Source: an uncultured archaeon
Lineage (GTDB): Archaea > Altiarchaeota > Altiarchaeia > IMC4 > SCGC-AAA252-I15
Direction of reading: 5' to 3'
Length of the DNA stretch: 64,000 nt
NCBI GenBank assembly: GCA_902384455.1
Contig: CABMCB010000004.1
Span: forward strand, 1-64,000
In this document: in pieces, positions 59,094 through 64,000 of the stretch
How positions within the stretch are numbered: the stretch's first letter is position 1
Layout: each line of letters opens with the position of its first letter
The notes under the pieces: model-generated
Databases searched by the model: none
Told to the model about the DNA's origin: nothing
Seen by the model: only the letters and a program-made list of their open reading frames with translations
Position numbers and translations under genes: made by a program

Positions 59094-61328
59094 CTAAATC
59101 TGTACTGTCAACCCCAAACTTTCGATTTCTTTAATCTGTCGCTTGGAGCCGAGAATGCGAAGTTCGGTAACCTCGCCTGTTTCCTTGTCAGTATTCGAAG
59201 GCTCAACAAAGTTCCCACCAACATTCAGGAGAACCTCGCTCTTGCCAGGATACTTCTTGAAGATTTCCTTGAGTTCTGGTCCTCGGCCTACGAGGTCCTT
59301 AGGGTCCCCTATAACAATGAGCTTGTTGTGGTAGGGGATGTCCTCCAGCTCCAAACCGTCGACGTAGTCCACCGAGTTACCCCAAGAATACCCAACCGAG
59401 GCGTCAGCCACGATAGGAACGAAGTCCTGGAGCCGAGGTTCTACACAGGCGGTCGGGGTCCTCAGCTCCATGCACTTCTTGACAAGTGCCACCGACTCAC
59501 TTACAGGGATACTCTCATGCACCAGAAAGACAAGTTCGTCGTGCACCTGCATGAGCATGTGCATGTCCCAGTTACGCTTCTTGATTGCCATATCCAGTCG
59601 AATCATGGACATCTTCAAGATGTCGGCAGCGGTACCCTGTACCCGGTGGTTAACAGCCTCACGCAAGGCTTTTGAGATTCGAGACTTCGTGTCTTCAGTG
59701 TAGGGAAGGAGAGCGTCGGGAAGCATGCGCTTGCGACCGTAAATAGTCTCCGCATACCCGCAGGTACGGGCCCGGTCCTTCTCATTGCTAATCCACGGCT
59801 GAACGGTAGGCATCATCCGGAAGTATGTGTCCAAGAGCTTCTGGGCTTCTTCCTCAGAGCAACGAAGCTGCTGGCTCAGACCGTAGGCCTGCATACCGAA
59901 CAACAGACCAAAGTTGATGGTCTTACCCTTCTGTCGGTCAGCGTCTGACACTTTATCCAGAGGTACCCCGAACATGGTCGAGGCTGTCTGCAAGTGGAAG
60001 TCTACTCCGTTCAAGAAGGCGCTCTTGAGGTTGGGGTCACCACACAAGGAAGCGAAAATACGATACTCAATCTGTCCGTAGTCCACGTCCAAGAGATAGT
60101 AGCCCTCGTCAGCCACAAAGGCCTTTCGAAGCACTGCACTGTTGGAAGTATCGTCCTTGGCCTTAGGAATCTGCTGGATGTTGGGAGAGGTGGAGGTAAA
60201 ACGACCGGATACCGCCCCGTAGGAGTTGAGGTTCGAATGCAGGTGATGCTCAGGGTCCAAGGCTCTCGGGAGCTTCTTGAGGAACGTAGTGAGAAGCTTG
60301 TCATTGGCCTTATAGGTCAAAATAGGCTTGACAATGGGGTGGTCTAACTTCTTAAGAGCCGCTTTGTCCGTGCTTGGTGTCTTAGAGTCTTCGGATGTGT
60401 AAGAAGACACAGGAAGCTTCAGTTCACCATAGAGCAGTTCCGACAACTGCTGGGGACTTCCGATATTGAACTTCCGACCAGCCATGGCGAAAATCTCTTC
60501 GGCAAGCTCCCGGTTCTCTTTCGTGAAAGTCTCCGTGGCCTTTCGAAGGCTGTCATCATCAATCTTGATGCCCCGATACTCCATGTTTGCAACGATAGGG
60601 AGTAGCTGGGTTTCGAGACTGTAAATGAACCCCATGTCCGTAAGGTCAAGAAGCTTGTGATAGAGAAGAACAGTAGCATAGGCGTCCGTCGCAGCGTACA
60701 TCTTTCCCAACTCAAGGGAGGCAAGGGCAAAGTTGTAGACACCTTTACCCAAAGCATCTTCAAGATTGAGCATATCCAACCCGAAGTGCTTTTTGTAGAG
60801 CTCTTTAAGAGAAGTGTCTCCAGCGGCTTCAAAGTGACCGTGGTCCAGCCCAGCCTTGGGAAGGAGCTTCATCAAGGACACATCAGCAAGCAATCCAGCC
60901 TCAATCCCTACAGCCTTCAAGAACTTGTAGTCGAACTTGAAGTTGTACCAAATCAGCTTTGTTTCCAGTAGAGGTTTCAGGATGGAAAGAGTTACAAGAG
61001 GGTCTATCTTGACTGTGTCAACATCGGACAGGAGGGGAACATAAAAAGAAACAGGGTGACCATCATCTTCTACCCAAGCCACGGAGATACCAACGAGCTT
61101 ATCCTCACGAGGACGAAGCCCTGTAGTTTCCGTGTCGGCAGCCTTTGGGTTTGGAGACGCCAGAGCCCGCTCGACAAACTGTCTGAGGGTAGCTTCGTCG
61201 TTCACACAATGAAGACGGGCTGACTCAAGCCAGGAGACGTTCTTGGTCTTCTTGGCATGTTCAAGCCGTTGTGAGACGAGGCTACTCTGAAACAGGTCAG
61301 CCTGTTCCGGATTGACGGCGTTTTTCAA
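59094..61328 (-). CDS. polA: DNA polymerase I (family A) with 3'-5' exonuclease domain
   Basis: Motif A LLDVDYGQIEYRI, motif B KTINFGLLFGMQAYGL, motif C QVHDELVF, N-terminal exonuclease region; 744 aa. Confidence 0.85.
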   Translation of the reverse strand: MKNAVNPEQADLFQSSLVSQRLEHAKKTKNVSWLESARLHCVNDEATLRQFVERALASPNPKAADTETTGLRPREDKLVGISVAWVEDDGHPVSFYVPLLSDVDTVKIDPLVTLSILKPLLETKLIWYNFKFDYKFLKAVGIEAGLLADVSLMKLLPKAGLDHGHFEAAGDTSLKELYKKHFGLDMLNLEDALGKGVYNFALASLELGKMYAATDAYATVLLYHKLLDLTDMGFIYSLETQLLPIVANMEYRGIKIDDDSLRKATETFTKENRELAEEIFAMAGRKFNIGSPQQLSELLYGELKLPVSSYTSEDSKTPSTDKAALKKLDHPIVKPILTYKANDKLLTTFLKKLPRALDPEHHLHSNLNSYGAVSGRFTSTSPNIQQIPKAKDDTSNSAVLRKAFVADEGYYLLDVDYGQIEYRIFASLCGDPNLKSAFLNGVDFHLQTASTMFGVPLDKVSDADRQKGKTINFGLLFGMQAYGLSQQLRCSEEEAQKLLDTYFRMMPTVQPWISNEKDRARTCGYAETIYGRKRMLPDALLPYTEDTKSRISKALREAVNHRVQGTAADILKMSMIRLDMAIKKRNWDMHMLMQVHDELVFLVHESIPVSESVALVKKCMELRTPTACVEPRLQDFVPIVADASVGYSWGNSVDYVDGLELEDIPYHNKLIVIGDPKDLVGRGPELKEIFKKYPGKSEVLLNVGGNFVEPSNTDKETGEVTELRILGSKRQIKEIESLGLTVQI

Positions 61329-61346
61329 ATGTAACTGTCCCTGGGA

Positions 61347-61556
61347 TTAGGCGTTCTTCTTGAGCTTCAGCGCCTTGAGGTCCCTCTTGTACTGCTTCTT
61401 ACCGATGCAGTACGTTCCCTGTTTCCTACTGTCCCAAACAAGCACAGGAGCGAGGTGGTCTTCCTTCACGTTCCCTGTCTTGGTCTTTACCTTGCGATTC
61501 GCTGGATGCCAAGGGTCCGTAGAGATTACAACTTCCTTATCCTTCGATTCCTTCAT
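61347..61556 (-). CDS. small basic protein
   Basis: RBS AAGGGAG before MKESKDKEVV. Confidence 0.4.
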   Translation of the reverse strand: MKESKDKEVVISTDPWHPANRKVKTKTGNVKEDHLAPVLVWDSRKQGTYCIGKKQYKRDLKALKLKKNA

Positions 61557-61567
61557 GCCTGGCTCCC

Positions 61568-61738
61568 TTACTTTTTGTCCGTAGGCACACAGTTGTGTGC
61601 AGACATGCGACCACCAATCGTCCGTACCTTCTTGCTGCAGACAGGGCAAACGGCAGCCGAGATTTCCTCACCCTTCGGCTCCTTCGACTTCTGCAACGGC
61701 ATAGACTCTTGGCTCCAGTCTTCTTGATACGCCTTCAT
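61568..61738 (-). CDS. small zinc-ribbon protein
   Basis: RBS GAGGAG; CPVC...C. Confidence 0.4.
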   Translation of the reverse strand: MKAYQEDWSQESMPLQKSKEPKGEEISAAVCPVCSKKVRTIGGRMSAHNCVPTDKK

Positions 61739-61742
61739 GTGA

Positions 61743-62165
61743 CTACTCCTCTTCCTCTTGCTTGTGCCCCTTATCGTAGCCGTCGTAACTGTCTTCCTTC
61801 GGCTTACTCGGGCCGTTCTTGTTGCTCCAATGGGTGTACTTGTTAATCTTGACCGCGTCAGCGGCTCGTTTCTGTTCCTCAACAAAAGGCTCGACCATGA
61901 CGTCGAAGGCAGGAGTATCATCCTCTTCCACCTTTTCGAAATCGCTACAACGGTCCATCAAGCCAGTGTGTTGATGTAGGAGTTTGCACCAGGAGTTCAA
62001 CTTGTCGTTGTGTACGCACAAACTGCAAAAACCGATTGAGTCAATCAGTTTCTTGAACAGCGCAATGCGAAGCTCTGAATCTGTCCGGTAGCCTCCGAAG
62101 TCAAATGTTTCGAGGGCTTCCCAGATTTTTGAGTCTTCGTCATTAAACGTCTGGATGTTCTTCAT
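61743..62165 (-). CDS. hypothetical protein with acidic tail
   Basis: 140 aa. Confidence 0.45.
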   Translation of the reverse strand: MKNIQTFNDEDSKIWEALETFDFGGYRTDSELRIALFKKLIDSIGFCSLCVHNDKLNSWCKLLHQHTGLMDRCSDFEKVEEDDTPAFDVMVEPFVEEQKRAADAVKINKYTHWSNKNGPSKPKEDSYDGYDKGHKQEEEE

Positions 62166-62436
62166 TTGGTCTGAGTTGTGAGAGTTTATGGCCGACCAAG
62201 TCCTTCAGGTTGGCCATGTAGTGCTTAGCGAAGATGATGGTGTTCGAGTTCTTACTCTCGTTAGCTTTGACCAGGACGTTCTTTGACCAAGAAGTCAGGA
62301 TGTCAATCAGCTCCGAGAAAGTCCCTACGAACTCCTTGGTAACGTGTTCGTAAGTCTCCAATTTGACGTACCCCAATTCTACCAACTCTTCGGGGCTAAG
62401 GGCATCCAGAGAAGCCTTTAATTCTGCGCGTTCCAT
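62143..62436 (-). CDS. hypothetical protein
   Basis: 97 aa. Confidence 0.45.
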   Translation of the reverse strand: MERAELKASLDALSPEELVELGYVKLETYEHVTKEFVGTFSELIDILTSWSKNVLVKANESKNSNTIIFAKHYMANLKDLVGHKLSQLRPNEEHPDV

Positions 62437-63084
62437 CTAAGCACCTACCGCTTCGTAGTATTCCTTCACTGCAGGGATTCGCTTCAGAAACATCAGGCTC
62501 TTCTTGACTGTATCGGGATGAGCCCCGATGCTTCCTGCGATGTCTTTCAAAGAATGCCCCTGGAAGGCGAGAAGAACCACGCTCTTGAGGGAGATACTGC
62601 CAATTCTTCCCTGAATCTCTCGATGGTTCTTGGGTAGCTCAAGCTCCCGTACTATGTCCTCAACGAACGCCACTCTTTCGATTTCAGGAAGCTCGTCGAA
62701 AGCCCTGAAGTACGTCAGGAACAGGTTGGAGCGGTCAAGGTCTTCGATGCGGTCGAAGTAGAAGACGTTCCTCACAGGCATGTACTTCTTGCGGTGGTAC
62801 TTCCGCATTTCGTTTGCAATCAAGCTGTGGACGATGGTGTACAGGTAGGTCGAAAAGCTCCGTGCTCGTTCCGGGTCGAACTTACTACAAAGGTCCCTTC
62901 GCACCATGCTCAGGTAGATTTCGCTCTTGATGTCGTCCACAGACTCTGAAGGAATCCCCGCCATGAGAATGGTTTTTGCAATCTTGGAATCCCAATCCCT
63001 GTAAACATCTTCCATGGTCACTTTGGTCACAGTACCCTCCGTAGTTCCACAACCCTGTATAAGCACCGGCTCCCTGAATGTCAA
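62437..63084 (-). CDS. phage sigma factor (sigma70 family regions 2 and 4 / ECF-like)
   Basis: Region-4 HTH LKDIAGSIGAHPDTVKKSL and a region-2-like segment DLCSKFDPERARSFSTYLYTIVHSLIAN. Confidence 0.6.
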   Translation of the reverse strand: MTFREPVLIQGCGTTEGTVTKVTMEDVYRDWDSKIAKTILMAGIPSESVDDIKSEIYLSMVRRDLCSKFDPERARSFSTYLYTIVHSLIANEMRKYHRKKYMPVRNVFYFDRIEDLDRSNLFLTYFRAFDELPEIERVAFVEDIVRELELPKNHREIQGRIGSISLKSVVLLAFQGHSLKDIAGSIGAHPDTVKKSLMFLKRIPAVKEYYEAVGA

Positions 63085-63090
63085 CCGTGG

Positions 63091-63282
63091 TTATTCGTCA
63101 TCATCCTCTGGGAAGCTGGAAACATTCTCATCGTCCCCAGGGTCGTAGTCTTCCGCATCCTCAGCATCCTCGACCTCAACTATTCGGCCCTTGTTAATGG
63201 TCTTTCCGTACAGCTCGTCGAAGAGGTCCTCGACGTCTCTTATAGACTTGTCCTTGATGATGAGGGTCACTCGGTAGTACAC
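63091..63282 (-). CDS. small acidic protein
   Basis: 63 aa; Asp/Glu-rich. Confidence 0.4.
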   Translation of the reverse strand: MYYRVTLIIKDKSIRDVEDLFDELYGKTINKGRIVEVEDAEDAEDYDPGDDENVSSFPEDDDE

Positions 63283-63956
63283 TACAACCTCCCGTGGTAG
63301 TTGAGGTTCTGGTTTACTCGTTCGTTTAGGGGGTTCCCAACAACTAGATTATCGGGGTTTAACCCGTTCAGAACCGCCTGGGCACCACCCTCAACCCAGA
63401 CGTCGTTCCAGTCCTGACCTTCCTTCTTGGGATAGAAAGCCGGTAAGGAGTGCATTCTGCCTGAGACGTCATTATCCCCGGCAAGAGATAAACAAACTCC
63501 AGGGTATTTCTCTTTCAGGGCATTATACACAAGTCCCAGGTTGCAGGACGTAAAACTAATGAATGTAGTGCACCCCGTAGCCATGTACACGCTGGCCCCT
63601 GTCGAATAACCTTCCGCCAAAAATACCCGGAAGTCAGGACCAATGTTGTCTTCTGCACCGATGCGGAATAGGCACCCCTTGCGTCTTCCGTCTTTCTTAA
63701 ACAGCTTCCTGCCGTCTGGGTAGATGTATTGAAGATTCCAAAGGTTGTCCTCAATGTCCATGACAGGAACAACCAGTAGATTTCCCTTAGACCTTGTCCC
63801 AAAGTGGTTCACCGACTTGTTGACCATGTAGGGGGTTAGGGCCTGTTCAGAAAGATTTGAGAACTCCCGAGAACATTCAAGAGCTACCTTCAACTCAAGA
63901 CACACTTCGGGGGTCTTTGGTTCCTTGGGTTTAAGGATGGCATCAAGGGAATTCAC
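63282..63956 (-). CDS. Toprim-domain protein (DnaG-type primase C-terminal part; gene may continue beyond the window edge)
   Basis: RVFLAEGYSTGASV and LAGDNDVSGR (DxD) Toprim motifs; GTG start at 63956 may not be the true start. Confidence 0.5.
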   Translation of the reverse strand: MNSLDAILKPKEPKTPEVCLELKVALECSREFSNLSEQALTPYMVNKSVNHFGTRSKGNLLVVPVMDIEDNLWNLQYIYPDGRKLFKKDGRRKGCLFRIGAEDNIGPDFRVFLAEGYSTGASVYMATGCTTFISFTSCNLGLVYNALKEKYPGVCLSLAGDNDVSGRMHSLPAFYPKKEGQDWNDVWVEGGAQAVLNGLNPDNLVVGNPLNERVNQNLNYHGRL

Positions 63957-64000
63957 GATGTGGTTGGAGTACTCCCTAGTTTTTACGTCGATGTTGAACT

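Noticed and set aside
1-64000. CRISPR arrays, integrase or transposase genes, and rRNA.
   Set aside because: No regularly spaced direct repeats, no tyrosine or serine recombinase motifs and no rRNA-like segments were seen.

Overview
This window looks like part of a large, tRNA-rich lytic phage genome, roughly 56-58% GC. Two transcription blocks converge near position 29.7 kb. Protein-family calls rest on my recognition of motifs in the translated ORFs, not on database searches.

The left block (1-29.7 kb, + strand) is an early/middle region.
- It is driven by at least 20 near-consensus sigma70-type promoters of the form TTGACA, 17-bp spacer, TAnnnT, often preceded by TTTTAGGG. Several sit immediately upstream of start codons, which implies leaderless mRNAs.
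- It carries 23 canonical tRNA genes in three clusters, almost all with an encoded CCA, plus three aberrant tRNA-like elements.
- It carries a T4-style tRNA-repair pair, an RNA ligase (RnlA-like) and a polynucleotide kinase/phosphatase (Pnk).
- It carries a PF10127-like nucleotidyltransferase and a family-2 glycosyltransferase.
- Four promoter-driven tandem paralogs of an unknown ~200-aa family lie at 5.3-8.2 kb.
- A duplicated cassette at 12.9-18.6 kb combines two copies of an unknown paralog with a HAD-like phosphatase and a MoaA-like radical SAM enzyme.
- The block also carries an SPFH/prohibitin-like membrane protein and many small hypothetical, zinc-ribbon or membrane ORFs.

The right block (29.7-64 kb, - strand) holds replication, recombination and late genes.
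- Replication and recombination genes include a Toprim primase-like fragment at the window edge, DNA polymerase I, an SSB-like protein, a vWA-domain protein, a RuvC-like resolvase and a RecA/UvsX-like recombinase.
- A Rad50/SbcC homolog is split over three ORFs that flank Mre11/SbcD and a Cas4-like PD-(D/E)xK nuclease. An AT-rich HNH homing-endonuclease insertion sits in the same stretch.
- Transcription factors include a phage sigma factor, a second small sigma region-4-like protein and a NusG-like protein.
- Packaging genes include the terminase large subunit and a portal protein.
- A metallophosphoesterase lies at 38424-39707.
- A lower-GC glycosylation island encodes a GT9 heptosyltransferase-like protein and a fusion of an SGNH hydrolase with two methyltransferase domains.
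- A recurring motif, CCCCTAAATTTTGGGG as transcribed, lies upstream of six late genes and is a candidate late promoter.

No CRISPR array, integrase or rRNA was seen.
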